The notes under the pieces are model-generated. The model did no database searches, had not been told where the DNA came from, and saw only the letters and a program-made list of their open reading frames with translations. A program made the position numbers and the translations under genes. Shown piece by piece: positions 9,531-19,010 of a stretch of DNA of 64,000 bases. The DNA is from Patescibacteria group bacterium. GTDB lineage: Bacteria; Patescibacteriota; Microgenomatia; JAMCYU01. Within the stretch, counting starts at the first letter, position 1. Every line of letters begins with the position of its first letter. The stretch covers positions 2,507 through 66,506 of the forward strand of contig JAMCYU010000001.1 in NCBI GenBank assembly GCA_023473585.1, read 5' to 3'.

Positions 9531-10448
9531 TTAAAATTCCCCTATTTTGACAATTTCTTCTTCTAATTCCAAGTTAAATTTCTCTTTGACTTTTTCCTTA
9601 ACTTCTTTTATTAAGTTTAACACATCTTTGGCTTTGGCACCACCTAAATTAATCATAAAATTAGCGTGCTGGGGTGAGATCTGCAAGTTTCCAAATTTTT
9701 CTCCCTTAAGGCCCGAAGCTTCAATCACAAATCCGGCCGAAGTCGTTAGGTCTGCCGTCCCGATTCTTAAGGCCTGACTTTTTTTAATATTTTTGAAGAT
9801 ACAACCGGCCGAGGCTCCTGTCGGTTGAGTTTTTTGCCGGTGCTCTATGGCCCAACGGGCTTTTTGCCAAAGAAAATCTGTATCTTCTTTTTGAAGTTGA
9901 AAAATAACCGAGAGAAGAATTTTTAGGTCGTGGGTTTTTTGGGAAAAGATAAATTGGCTAACGGTTTTATCCTGCCAATGGGCATTGCCGATGACCGCTC
10001 CGCCGACCGTCCCCGGCAACCCTAGAAATTCCTCCAAACCCCCAAGACCCTCGTCAATGGCAAAACGGACAAACTGATTAAAAGGCACGCCTGCCTCCAC
10101 TTCGACCAGAACATCTTTAACGTTAAGTTTTACCCCATTTAAAGACGGGCCGATTTTCCCTCTGACCTTAACAATTTTAATGCCTTTGGTTTTATTTTTG
10201 ACGACTAAGCCGCGGAAACCCTTATCGCCGATCAGCACATTTGACCCGCCGCCCAAAATCAGAAAAGGCAAACGCAAGTCTTTGGCCGCCTGATAAGCTT
10301 TAATTAATTCCTCATTCGTCTTGGCCTCAAAATAATAATCGGCCGGCCCGCCGATTTGGAAGGTGGTGTGCAAGACCAGGCTTTCCTTGACCTTTACTTT
10401 ACCTAAGCCCAATTTGTCTTCTAATTTTTGCCAAAGATTGTCTGTCAT
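9531..10448 (-). CDS. murB: UDP-N-acetylenolpyruvoylglucosamine reductase MurB
   Basis: FAD-binding PCMH domain signature …TTFQIGGPADYYFEAKT…GGGSNVL…. 305 aa. Adjacent to murA and murC. Confidence 0.8.
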   Translation of the reverse strand: MTDNLWQKLEDKLGLGKVKVKESLVLHTTFQIGGPADYYFEAKTNEELIKAYQAAKDLRLPFLILGGGSNVLIGDKGFRGLVVKNKTKGIKIVKVRGKIGPSLNGVKLNVKDVLVEVEAGVPFNQFVRFAIDEGLGGLEEFLGLPGTVGGAVIGNAHWQDKTVSQFIFSQKTHDLKILLSVIFQLQKEDTDFLWQKARWAIEHRQKTQPTGASAGCIFKNIKKSQALRIGTADLTTSAGFVIEASGLKGEKFGNLQISPQHANFMINLGGAKAKDVLNLIKEVKEKVKEKFNLELEEEIVKIGEF

Positions 10449-11842
10449 ATTTTAGAAATTAAATCATCATAAATTTTATAAACATCTCCCGCTCCCATCG
10501 TCAACATGATGTCGCCGGGAAGAAGAATTTTCGCTAAAAAATCACCGGCTTCGTTTAATTTGGCAAAATAATGAACATTTTTTTGGTTTTTTTTAATTTC
10601 TAACGCTAAAATTTTACTGCTAATTGTTTTATCAACTTTTTCTCGAGCCGAAGGAAAAATATCCACAATGACAACCTCATCGGCACCGCTAAAAGCCCGG
10701 CCAAAAGCCGAAAGAAGAGCTTTGGTTCGTGAGAAAGTGTGCGGCTGAAAAAGACAGATAATTCTTTTACCGGGGAACCAGGCTTTGGCTGCCGCCAGGG
10801 TACTTTTAATTTGGGCGGGATGATGAGCGTAATCGTCAAAAAACTTGATCTTCTTTTTTTCAGAGATTAACTCGAATCGTCTTTTGGTGCCGGAAAATCC
10901 GGGCAGAATTTCTTTAATTTTTTCCCAGGAAATACCTAAAAAATTGGCGACAATACAGGCCGCAACCGCATTCAAAACATTAAACTGACCGGGAATCTTT
11001 AACGTAAATTTACCCAAATCCGTATTTTTATATTTCAAGTTGAAGAAGGTTAGCGACGGACCAAAAGAAAGACGACTGATTTGGTAATCAGCCAAGGTAG
11101 AGAATCCGTAGGTTAAAACAGGCTTATGGAAAAAAGGTAAGATTTTTCTAACGTTTTCATCGTCAATGCCGGCCACAAGCAAACCGTCCGGGGGAATTTT
11201 TTGGGCAAAAGTCAGAAAGGCTTCCTTAATTTCCGCAAGGTTATCGTAAACATCAGGATGATCAAAATCAATATTGGTCAAAACGGCAATATCCGGCTTG
11301 AGCCAAAAAAACCTCGGCGTGGGATCCAAACCCGGGTCGGTCACGTACTCATCAGCCTCAACCACAAAATAGTCTCCCAAACCGGCGTGACCGGGTGTCC
11401 CTAAAGAAAAGATATCGCCGCAACCCACGGCAAAGGACGGATCAAGTCCGGCGTAAGTCAAAAGATGGGCAATTATAGCCGCGGTGGTGGTTTTCCCATG
11501 ATTGCCGGAAACGGCAATGACTTTTTTTTCGGCCGAGATTTCCCCTAAAGCCTGGGCGTGCATCAAAACTTTTAAACCCCGTTTTTTCGCTTCTTGGGCC
11601 TCCGGATTAGAACTGCCGCCATGGGCTCCGGTCACGACGACCAAATCAGGCTTCCCCTTCAGGTTTTCTTTGGTAAAACCAACTCGAGGAGTAAGATGAT
11701 ATTTTGCCAAAACTTTATCGGTCGGAAACACCTCATCCACATCCGAGCCGGTGACTTTAGCTCCCATTTCAGAAACAAGAATCGCTAGGGGAGTCATGGC
11801 GGCTCCTTTAAGACCGATAAAATGAACGTGTTTAAATTTCAT
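10445..11842 (-). CDS. murC: UDP-N-acetylmuramate--L-alanine ligase MurC
   Basis: N-terminal HFIGLKGAAMTPLA (MurC-type Rossmann) and Mur-ligase P-loop AVSGNHGKTTTAA. 465 aa. Confidence 0.85.
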   Translation of the reverse strand: MKFKHVHFIGLKGAAMTPLAILVSEMGAKVTGSDVDEVFPTDKVLAKYHLTPRVGFTKENLKGKPDLVVVTGAHGGSSNPEAQEAKKRGLKVLMHAQALGEISAEKKVIAVSGNHGKTTTAAIIAHLLTYAGLDPSFAVGCGDIFSLGTPGHAGLGDYFVVEADEYVTDPGLDPTPRFFWLKPDIAVLTNIDFDHPDVYDNLAEIKEAFLTFAQKIPPDGLLVAGIDDENVRKILPFFHKPVLTYGFSTLADYQISRLSFGPSLTFFNLKYKNTDLGKFTLKIPGQFNVLNAVAACIVANFLGISWEKIKEILPGFSGTKRRFELISEKKKIKFFDDYAHHPAQIKSTLAAAKAWFPGKRIICLFQPHTFSRTKALLSAFGRAFSGADEVVIVDIFPSAREKVDKTISSKILALEIKKNQKNVHYFAKLNEAGDFLAKILLPGDIMLTMGAGDVYKIYDDLISKI

Positions 11843-12468
11843 CTTAGGCCAATTACGGCAAAGATCATTTGGTCACGATCTTTCTTTCGGAATGAATAAA
11901 AAAGTTTATTTTGACAGGCCGTACAATAGGGCAAGATCTCGATATTTTTCTTCTGAAGACCTGCCGCCGTTAATTGTTGAAGATTAAGCTCTTTTAAGTC
12001 TAAATGAAATTGACCGTTAATTTTTTTGACTCCCCTTTTAAATAATTTGGCTCTTTCCGGAGAAATATCATAACAGGAGGCACAAATATGAGGACCGAAA
12101 ACGGCCAGCGTCTGTTTTGGACGGCCTTTTAATTTTTCTATTTGCCTCACCATTTTTTTACTTATTTCTTTTAAGGTCCCTTGCCAGCCGGCATGAACGG
12201 CCGCGATAATTTTTCTTTTCGGTTCGTAAAAAAGAATCGGCAAACAATCGGCGGTCCTAACCGCAATCTTAACTTTTTCTGTCTTGCTTATCAAACCGTC
12301 AGCTCCGTTTTTTTTCTGACCCAGATCGCTTTTTTTAACCTGACTGATTTTATTACCGTGAACCTGTTGGGCCAAAACAAGATTTGCAACTTTTGGGTTG
12401 TCTTCACTTCGCGTCGTAAAACCATGAAAAAGATCGGTATATTTTGAAAACAATTTCGCGTAAATCAT
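11839..12468 (-). CDS. pgeF: YfiH/PgeF-family (DUF152) peptidoglycan editing factor / purine nucleoside phosphorylase-like protein
   Basis: …HGNKI…ADGLISKTEKVKIAVRTADCLPILFYEP…AAVHAGWQGTLKEI… matches the conserved Cys/His core of the YfiH family. Sits between murE and murC. Confidence 0.7.
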   Translation of the reverse strand: MIYAKLFSKYTDLFHGFTTRSEDNPKVANLVLAQQVHGNKISQVKKSDLGQKKNGADGLISKTEKVKIAVRTADCLPILFYEPKRKIIAAVHAGWQGTLKEISKKMVRQIEKLKGRPKQTLAVFGPHICASCYDISPERAKLFKRGVKKINGQFHLDLKELNLQQLTAAGLQKKNIEILPYCTACQNKLFYSFRKKDRDQMIFAVIGLR

Positions 12469-13661
12469 AAGGTTAAAAGCGCCTTCGCCACCGCCTCGTG
12501 TTCACTCCACGGATCTTCGGTTTGCCCCCGACATAAACTTTTTTCGTGTCCTTTACCGGTTAAAATAACCAAATCCTCAGGTTTGGCCATCTTGATAGCC
12601 TCTCTGATTGCTTCTTGCCGGTTGACGATTTTTCTGATTACCAAAGCTTGTTTTTCGGACCCCAAAACTTTCTTTGCCCCAAATTCTATGTCCGTCATTA
12701 TCTTCTTGGGGTCTTCGGTCCGATAATCCTCCTCGGTCAGGATCATCACGTCGTCATACCTTGCCGCCGCCTCGCCCATCATTGGTCGCTTACTGGCATC
12801 TCTTAGTCCGGCCGAACCAAAAACATGAATCAATCTCCCCTTAACAAGAGGCTTAGTCGTTGCTAAAAGATTCTCCAAAGCGTTGGGTGTGTGGGCAAAA
12901 TCCACCACCACTCTGAAATCCCGGTTGGTTTCGATAAATTCGAATCTGCCAAAAACACCTTTAAAATCAGCTAGCGTCTGGCGGATTTTTTCATCACTAA
13001 TGCCTAAAACTTGAGCCGCCGCCATCGCGGCCAGGCAATTTTTTTGATTGTATTCCCCCGGCAGGGGAGTGGTAAATAAAAATTTGGCCGGCGTTATGTC
13101 CCCGTTATTAATTCCGTAACTGACAATCTTCGTTGCTTGATACTTGATACCTGATACTAAATACTCGTATGATCCGTCTTCCCGATTGAGAATCGCCCAT
13201 TTAACGCCCCTAAACAATCTTGCTTTGGCCTTTAAATAGTTCTCATGAGTCTTATGGTAATCCAAGTGTTCATGGGTGACATTGGTCAAGACCCCGATTT
13301 GGAAATTGCAGCCGAAAACCCTGTTCTGATTAAGTCCGTGAGACGTCACCTCTAAAACCATATATTTCTCTCCCCTGTCAACGGCCAATCTTAAAAATCT
13401 CTGAAGTTTAAAAGAGGAAGGCGTGGTCACATGAAACGGCAGATCATAATCATGTCCGCCGATTTTGGCTCCCACCGAAGAAATCATGGTCACTTGTTTA
13501 CCTGCCTTCTTAAGAATTTCGTAGATTAGATTGACTGTTGTTGTCTTGCCGTCGGTCCCCGTCACGCCGATAACGATCAAATTTTTGGCCGGATAGCGGA
13601 AAAAAATTGTGGCGAGGAGAGCCACAAAAAGGTGGTAGATATTCTTCAGTCCCTGAGGCAT
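12465..13661 (-). CDS. murE: UDP-N-acetylmuramoyl-L-alanyl-D-glutamate--2,6-diaminopimelate (or L-Lys) ligase MurE
   Basis: Mur ligase P-loop VIGVTGTDGKTTT and …LTNVTHEHLDYH…. 398 aa. Contains an in-frame heptanucleotide tract (13134-13168) encoding …SGIKYQATKIV…. Confidence 0.8.
   Translation of the reverse strand: MPQGLKNIYHLFVALLATIFFRYPAKNLIVIGVTGTDGKTTTVNLIYEILKKAGKQVTMISSVGAKIGGHDYDLPFHVTTPSSFKLQRFLRLAVDRGEKYMVLEVTSHGLNQNRVFGCNFQIGVLTNVTHEHLDYHKTHENYLKAKARLFRGVKWAILNREDGSYEYLVSGIKYQATKIVSYGINNGDITPAKFLFTTPLPGEYNQKNCLAAMAAAQVLGISDEKIRQTLADFKGVFGRFEFIETNRDFRVVVDFAHTPNALENLLATTKPLVKGRLIHVFGSAGLRDASKRPMMGEAAARYDDVMILTEEDYRTEDPKKIMTDIEFGAKKVLGSEKQALVIRKIVNRQEAIREAIKMAKPEDLVILTGKGHEKSLCRGQTEDPWSEHEAVAKALLTL
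13134..13168 (-). repeat. Five tandem heptanucleotides (plus strand TGCTTGA TACTTGA TACCTGA TACTAAA TACTCGT) inside murE
   Basis: Direct reading of sequence. Encodes SGIKYQATK in frame. Confidence 0.8.
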
Positions 13662-13719
13662 GAAGCTAATTATAGCATATTAAAGGTTATGGAAAAAACT
13701 TAAGATTTATCCTTCCTCA

Positions 13720-15393
13720 TTATTCCGTAGGTGAAATACCGTAATAGGTAAAAAGCTCTTTTGAGATGTCAAAAAATAAAGGCGCCGCGGTTTCTGAACC
13801 CCACGGAGAACTTGTCGGCTCGGTTAAACGAACCAACATCACAAATTTAGGTTTGTCAGCCGGCGCAAAACCGACAAAAGAAGCAATGGTTCTTTTGTCA
13901 TCGTAATGGCCGGCCACGGGAATTTGCGCGGTTCCGGTTTTGCCGGCGATACGAAAACCTTTAGGCTTAGCCCACTTCGCTTCGCCGTTATCCACAGCCG
14001 CCACCATCATTTCCCGTAAAGCTACGGTCGTTTCTTTTTTCAAAACTTGATCTAAAACTTTAGTTTTTATTTCGATCTTTCTGCCTTCTTTATCTTTGAT
14101 TGAGGCCATAACATGAGGCTCTAAGAGTTTACCGCCATTGGCCAAAGAAGCGACGGCTTGAAGCATTTTAATGGGTGTTAGGGCAATCCCTTGTCCAAAA
14201 GAAGCCGTGGCCAAGTCGATTTCTTTCCATTCGCTTTTTGGCCTTAACGGCGATTCTTCCTCTTCTTCAAGATCAATGCCGGTCTTTTCTCCCAATCCAA
14301 ACTTTTTGAAATAATCAACCATCTTGTCACGGCCAATTTTTCTTCCTAAAAAAACCATACCGGTATTACAGGAGCGTTCGAGAATTTGCGTCACGGTTTC
14401 GGCCCCGTGATATTTTTCATTCCAGGTCTTAATCGTGTAATCGCCGACAACCAACGGACCATTATCCTGAAAAATATCGGAAGGCCTAATCAGACCTTCA
14501 TTAAGGGCTATCGCCATGGTGATCACCTTAAAAGTTGAACCCGGCTCATAAAGATCGGCGACAACCGGATTTTTAAAAAGCTCCGAAGAGAATAAATTAT
14601 ATTTAAAAGGATCATAAGCCGGAAAAGACGCCATCGCCAAAATTCCCCCCGTTTCCGGATCCATGATAACCACACTGCCCTGTTTCGCTCCGTATCTTTT
14701 GATGGCTTCATTAAGTTTTTTTTCCGCCACAAATTGGACTGTCCGATCAAGATGCAAGATTAAATCCCGACCGTCTTTAGCTTTTTCCTCACTGACCTCA
14801 CCCAATAAAATCGGCGCTCCCCTGACGTCTTTTTCCTGACGTAAATTGCCTTCTTTACCACGAAGCTCACGATCATAAAAACCTTCTAAACCAAAATAAC
14901 CCTTGTCCTTGCCATCGGTGTCACTGCCGACAAAACCCAAAAGATGAGCCGCCATTGAGGCCTCCGAATAAAAACGTCTCGGCTCAAAACTTAGGCCCAG
15001 ACCGGCAAGTTTAAGATTTTTAATCTCCTCGGCTTTCTCCTGGGAAATTTTATGCCCCAAGGCAACCCAATAAAGATCGGGATTAAGCTTGGCGGAGAGA
15101 GAAGCGACCGGAACTTCTAAAACGTCCGCAATTTTTGAGGCAAAGTTGGAATCTTTAATTTTTTTAACTTCGGCAAAAAGGAGATAGGCTTTTTCGTTCG
15201 CAACCAACGGAAAACCTTCACCGGTTAGAATTTCCCCACGACTCGCAGGCAATTGTAAAACTTCGTAATATTGTTTTTCTGCCTGGATTTTTAAAGTTTC
15301 ACCCGAAACAATTTGCCACCAAAACAAACGGCAGACAATTAGAAAAAAGGTTACCAAAAAAAAGAAAAAAAGCAGTTTACTTCGCCGCGACAT
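13720..15393 (-). CDS. ftsI: Penicillin-binding protein, class B transpeptidase (FtsI/PBP2-like)
   Basis: N-terminal TM plus PBP dimerisation domain. Transpeptidase motifs STFK (…GSTFKVITMAIA…), SCN (…ERSCNTG…) and KTGT (…AGKTGTAQ…). 557 aa. Confidence 0.85.
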   Translation of the reverse strand: MSRRSKLLFFFFLVTFFLIVCRLFWWQIVSGETLKIQAEKQYYEVLQLPASRGEILTGEGFPLVANEKAYLLFAEVKKIKDSNFASKIADVLEVPVASLSAKLNPDLYWVALGHKISQEKAEEIKNLKLAGLGLSFEPRRFYSEASMAAHLLGFVGSDTDGKDKGYFGLEGFYDRELRGKEGNLRQEKDVRGAPILLGEVSEEKAKDGRDLILHLDRTVQFVAEKKLNEAIKRYGAKQGSVVIMDPETGGILAMASFPAYDPFKYNLFSSELFKNPVVADLYEPGSTFKVITMAIALNEGLIRPSDIFQDNGPLVVGDYTIKTWNEKYHGAETVTQILERSCNTGMVFLGRKIGRDKMVDYFKKFGLGEKTGIDLEEEEESPLRPKSEWKEIDLATASFGQGIALTPIKMLQAVASLANGGKLLEPHVMASIKDKEGRKIEIKTKVLDQVLKKETTVALREMMVAAVDNGEAKWAKPKGFRIAGKTGTAQIPVAGHYDDKRTIASFVGFAPADKPKFVMLVRLTEPTSSPWGSETAAPLFFDISKELFTYYGISPTE

Positions 15394-15676
15394 TTAAATT
15401 CTCTAAGGCTACCGGGACTTCGGAAACAAGATAGTAAAGTTTTGGTTTAGTGTATCCCGCTTCAGCCGCTTTTTGCGAAACCGAAACTAAAGAAGAAAAA
15501 GAGGCAATTTTTCTCTCAAGAAACTCGTTTTCGTCTCTTAAAATCATAGTCTCATTCTCTGTTTGGCTCAAGGTTAATCCGGCCGTGGTTAAACGATTAG
15601 CCACGAAAACTTGTAAAAGCAGTAAAATGACATTTAAGACAAGAATTGTTTTTGTTAGTTTGGCTAGTTTATTCAT
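15377..15676 (-). CDS. ftsL: FtsL/DivIC-like cell division protein (single N-terminal TM plus coiled coil)
   Basis: 99 aa with TM helix ILVLNVILLLLQVFVANRL followed by a charged helical region. Canonical position between rsmH and ftsI. Sequence is weakly diagnostic. Confidence 0.5.
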   Translation of the reverse strand: MNKLAKLTKTILVLNVILLLLQVFVANRLTTAGLTLSQTENETMILRDENEFLERKIASFSSLVSVSQKAAEAGYTKPKLYYLVSEVPVALENLNVAAK

Positions 15677-16568
15677 ATTTTTCGGCGATTCTTAATTTGG
15701 CACTCCGTGATCTGTGATTTCTTTTTCTTTCCGCATCGGTTGGCTCAATCGGTTTTTTGGTTAAAATTTTTAAAACACCCTGTTCTTCCTCTTCTTTGAA
15801 AAAATTTTTGACAATTCTATCTTCCAGAGAGTGAAAAGATAAAACGACTAATCTGCCTCCATTTTCTAAAAGATCTACGGCCTGCGGTAAGGCTCCTTTC
15901 AAATTATTAAGCTCGTCATTAACGACCATTCTCAAAGCCTGAAAAACCTTGGTGGCCGGATGAATTCGTTCGAATTTGTCTCTTCCTTTTGCTTTGACAA
16001 GAATATCGGCTAATTCATCACAAGTTGTAATCGGTTTTAAGGTACGGGCGCGAGAAACAGCGCGAGCAATTCTCCAAGAATCGTCTTCCTCAGCATATTT
16101 TTTAAAAAGTTCATAAAGTTCTCCTTCGGTTAAACCGTTAATTAAATCTTTTGCCGTAACCGAAAGTTGCGGATCCATACGCATGTCTAAAGTCGCCTCA
16201 GAATTAAACGAAAAACCGCGTCCTGGGGTTTCCAGTTGATGACTGGAAAGACCTAGGTCAAATAAAATACCGGCGACTTTATTAAAGTGATGTCTTTCAG
16301 CGATCTTTTTTAAATGTGCAAAGTTTTCTTTAACAAGGATTAAATTATTGAGACTTTCCCTGTCTAAACTTTTAACTTTTTCCCTAACTTCTTCCAGCGC
16401 CTCGGGATCACAATCTATGCCTAAAACAAGACCCTTGTTTCTAAGAATCTCTAGAGCGTGTCCTCCTCCTCCCAGTGTGGCATCGATATATTTCTTGCCT
16501 TTTCTTATGTTTAAACCCTTAGTGACTTCAGACAAAAGTACCGGTGTATGATAATTATTCGTTGCCAT
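15669..16568 (-). CDS. rsmH: 16S rRNA (cytosine1402-N4)-methyltransferase RsmH (MraW)
   Basis: …YHTPVLLSEV…YIDATLGGGGHALEIL…GILFDLGLSSHQLE…RGFSF… are RsmH hallmarks. 299 aa. Directly downstream of mraZ. Confidence 0.85.
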   Translation of the reverse strand: MATNNYHTPVLLSEVTKGLNIRKGKKYIDATLGGGGHALEILRNKGLVLGIDCDPEALEEVREKVKSLDRESLNNLILVKENFAHLKKIAERHHFNKVAGILFDLGLSSHQLETPGRGFSFNSEATLDMRMDPQLSVTAKDLINGLTEGELYELFKKYAEEDDSWRIARAVSRARTLKPITTCDELADILVKAKGRDKFERIHPATKVFQALRMVVNDELNNLKGALPQAVDLLENGGRLVVLSFHSLEDRIVKNFFKEEEEQGVLKILTKKPIEPTDAERKRNHRSRSAKLRIAEKYE

Positions 16569-16611
16569 TTTTTGACTTATCCACGCTCTCGTCTTTTTCT
16601 CTTATCTCTTT

Positions 16612-17007
16612 TTATTTTAAATTCTTAGCGTATTCTTGCCACTTTTGACTATCCCAGATTTCAAAGTGATCGGCCGCGCCGATGATCGTTACTTTTTCTT
16701 TATTGACCCCGGCATATTTAGCCATCGTTTCCGGCATCACGAATCTTCCTAAAGTTGTTAAATCAATGATCTGGGCATTGTAGGACATTTTTCTTCTTAA
16801 GTTTCGGCTTTCCGGGTCGGAAAAAAAAGGACGCGTCAGCTCCGGCCTAACGACTTCTTCCCAATCTTTTTCCCTAAAACCAAAAATACATTCTTCAAAG
16901 CCGATCGTTAAAACAATTCGCTCACCTCTTATTTCATCACGAATTTTTGAAGGCATCGCCAAGCGGTTTTTCCCAATTAATTTTGCCTCGTAAGTTCCTA
17001 AAAACAT
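16612..17007 (-). CDS. mraZ: Transcriptional regulator MraZ
   Basis: MFLGTYEAKLIGKNRLAMPSKIRDEI… and a second repeat …LGRFVMPETMAKYAGV… (duplicated MraZ/SpoVT-AbrB-like fold). 131 aa. Strong RBS GGGAGTAAGAAGG upstream. Confidence 0.85.
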   Translation of the reverse strand: MFLGTYEAKLIGKNRLAMPSKIRDEIRGERIVLTIGFEECIFGFREKDWEEVVRPELTRPFFSDPESRNLRRKMSYNAQIIDLTTLGRFVMPETMAKYAGVNKEKVTIIGAADHFEIWDSQKWQEYAKNLK

Positions 17008-17050
17008 CCTTCTTACTCCCTTTGTGCTACGTTTTATTCCTATTTATTCC

Positions 17051-17079
17051 ATTTTGATACCTTTTTCACGGCTTGTCAA
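17051..17079 (-). promoter_or_regulatory. Candidate sigma70-type promoter upstream of mraZ (TTGACA -35, 17-nt spacer, weak CAAAAT -10)
   Basis: Minus-strand reading: cTTGACAagccgtgaaaaaggtatCAAAATgg, ~70 nt upstream of the mraZ ATG. GTGGG / GTGTGG elements lie further upstream (17095-17150) and could be MraZ boxes. Confidence 0.3.
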
Positions 17080-17171
17080 GAGGTAAAAAGAGGAAAAAGG
17101 TTATCGAGAAGACCACACTACGAATGGGGTTTTCCGAAGCATTAGCCCACTAACGGGAAATCCTTAAGTTT

Positions 17172-17639
17172 TCACAGTTGATATTCCTGGGTAAAACCCG
17201 TACTCTGACCGGCAATCCTCGTAAACTTTAAGGTTAAGGAAACCTTAGTCACGCCTTCATCATAGACGCAAACATTCTTCGAGCAGGTTCCCAACAAGAT
17301 CTCTCTTAAGATCGTCGTCTGACCGCTCTTAACCTCAATTTTGCCCAAAACACCTCTGGGTAAGCCTCCTTTGGCCTCATAAGCCAGTTCGTACTCAATG
17401 ACTGAAACCCCTTCGGGAATTTTGCTGATTTTTAAATTAACGGCTTTTTTATCAAAACGCGGGGCAAGGTCAATTTCCGCTTCTTTTTCCAAATTCTCCG
17501 GTAAGGTAAAGCTTTTTTTGGGAGCCGATTGGGGATTAGTTTGAGTAGTCGTAAGGGTCGACCGGACACGTAAAAAAACGAACAAACCGATAAGGATAAC
17601 AACGATAGGAATAAAAACCAGGACAGCTTTTTTCGTCAT
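17172..17639 (-). CDS. Hypothetical membrane-anchored or secreted protein (N-terminal TM/signal anchor)
   Basis: 155 aa. N-terminal hydrophobic segment VLVFIPIVVILIGLFVFL, then a soluble domain with no recognisable motif. Confidence 0.45.
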   Translation of the reverse strand: MTKKAVLVFIPIVVILIGLFVFLRVRSTLTTTQTNPQSAPKKSFTLPENLEKEAEIDLAPRFDKKAVNLKISKIPEGVSVIEYELAYEAKGGLPRGVLGKIEVKSGQTTILREILLGTCSKNVCVYDEGVTKVSLTLKFTRIAGQSTGFTQEYQL

Positions 17640-17643
17640 TTTT

Positions 17644-18996
17644 TTACCCCTCCAATTTCTTTAAAAAATATTCTTTTAATAAATCAATTTTCACTCTTTC
17701 CTGTTTGGTCGTGTCTCTATCCCTCACCGTCACGGCCTGATCCTTAAGTGTTTCAAAATCGACGGTTACACACCAGGGGGTCCCGATTTCATCCTGAGCA
17801 AAATAACGCTTACCGATGTTGCCCCGATCGTCCCAAGCAACATAGAACTGGGTTCGGAGTTCAGAGTAGATATCACGGGCCGCTTTAATCAATTCGGGTT
17901 TATTGGCCAAAAGCGGGAAAACGGCAACCTTGTAAGGCGCCAGTTTGGGATTAATTTTTAAAACAACCCGGCCGTTATCCTCATGATAGGCGTCAATTAA
18001 AAGAAACAGCGTCGCCCGATCAACTCCGCCCGAAGTTTCGATAACCCAGGGCGTATACTCCTCCCCAGTCGTTTCGTCTTTATAGGTCAGTTTATGGTTA
18101 CCCAAATCAAAATCGCCCCGGTGATGAATCCCCTCAAACTCACTCCACCCAAACGGCGCTTGGTATTCAATATCCTCGGCTTTTCGGGCGTAATGAGCCC
18201 GTTCGTCGGGAGCATGTTCCCGAAAACGCAGGTTTTCTTTTTTAATCCCCAGCGACAAATACCAGTTTAGTCTTTGTTCCTTCCAATAATTAAAAATTTG
18301 CTCGCCTTCTTTTTCTTCGGGCTTAATAAAATACTCAAGTTCCATCTGTTCAAATTCCCTGGAACGGAAAGTAAAGTTCCCTGGGGTGATTTCGTTTCTG
18401 AAGGCTTTACCGATTTGCGCAATCCCAAAGGGAATTTTAATTCTGGTTGAGGAAACGACGTTTTTAAAATTGACAAAAACGCCCTGGGTAATTTCTCCCC
18501 GCAGATAAGCTTTAGTTTTATCAACTACTCCAAAATAAGTTTCGACTAATAAATTAAAATCTCGTGGTTTATATTCTTTTTCTCCTTTGGACAAAATTCT
18601 AAGATAATCTCCCTCAAAATCATGTCCCCCACTCGGACAAGGAGTATTACTTGGAATTTTTATATATTCTTTATAAATTATTGCTCCTGGTATCTTATCG
18701 ACCCTGAACCTTTTATTACATACTTTACACTCTATCATCATGTCTGAGAAATGTTTCGTATGCCCCGATGCTTCCCAAACCTGGGGATTCATAATAATGG
18801 CGGCATCCAAACCCACCATGTCATCCCTTTGGTAAACCATGCTCTTCCACCATTCCTTTTTAAGATTATTCTTAAGTTCGACTCCCAAAGGCCCATAGTC
18901 CCAAAAGCCGCCAAAACCGCCGTAAATTTCGCTGCCGGGAAAAATAAAACCCCGCCTTTTACAAAGAGCAGTAATTTTTTCCATTAAATCAGACAT
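17644..18996 (-). CDS. glyQS: Glycine--tRNA ligase, alpha2 (archaeal/eukaryote-like) type
   Basis: …RRGFIFPGSEIYGGFGGFWDYGPLGVELKNN… is the class II GlyRS N-terminus. Has a Cys-rich insertion (CKVCNKRF…CPSGGHDFEG) and an anticodon-binding C-terminus. 450 aa. Confidence 0.85.
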   Translation of the reverse strand: MSDLMEKITALCKRRGFIFPGSEIYGGFGGFWDYGPLGVELKNNLKKEWWKSMVYQRDDMVGLDAAIIMNPQVWEASGHTKHFSDMMIECKVCNKRFRVDKIPGAIIYKEYIKIPSNTPCPSGGHDFEGDYLRILSKGEKEYKPRDFNLLVETYFGVVDKTKAYLRGEITQGVFVNFKNVVSSTRIKIPFGIAQIGKAFRNEITPGNFTFRSREFEQMELEYFIKPEEKEGEQIFNYWKEQRLNWYLSLGIKKENLRFREHAPDERAHYARKAEDIEYQAPFGWSEFEGIHHRGDFDLGNHKLTYKDETTGEEYTPWVIETSGGVDRATLFLLIDAYHEDNGRVVLKINPKLAPYKVAVFPLLANKPELIKAARDIYSELRTQFYVAWDDRGNIGKRYFAQDEIGTPWCVTVDFETLKDQAVTVRDRDTTKQERVKIDLLKEYFLKKLEG

Positions 18997-19010
18997 AAAC
19001 TAAATATAAC

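Noticed and set aside
17100-17171. Possible small RNA or terminator between the hypothetical protein gene and the mraZ promoter
   Set aside because: Only short 3-bp inverted repeats (CCCgttagtGGG) and no U-tract. There is no convincing stem-loop, so it is left as part of the mraZ leader.
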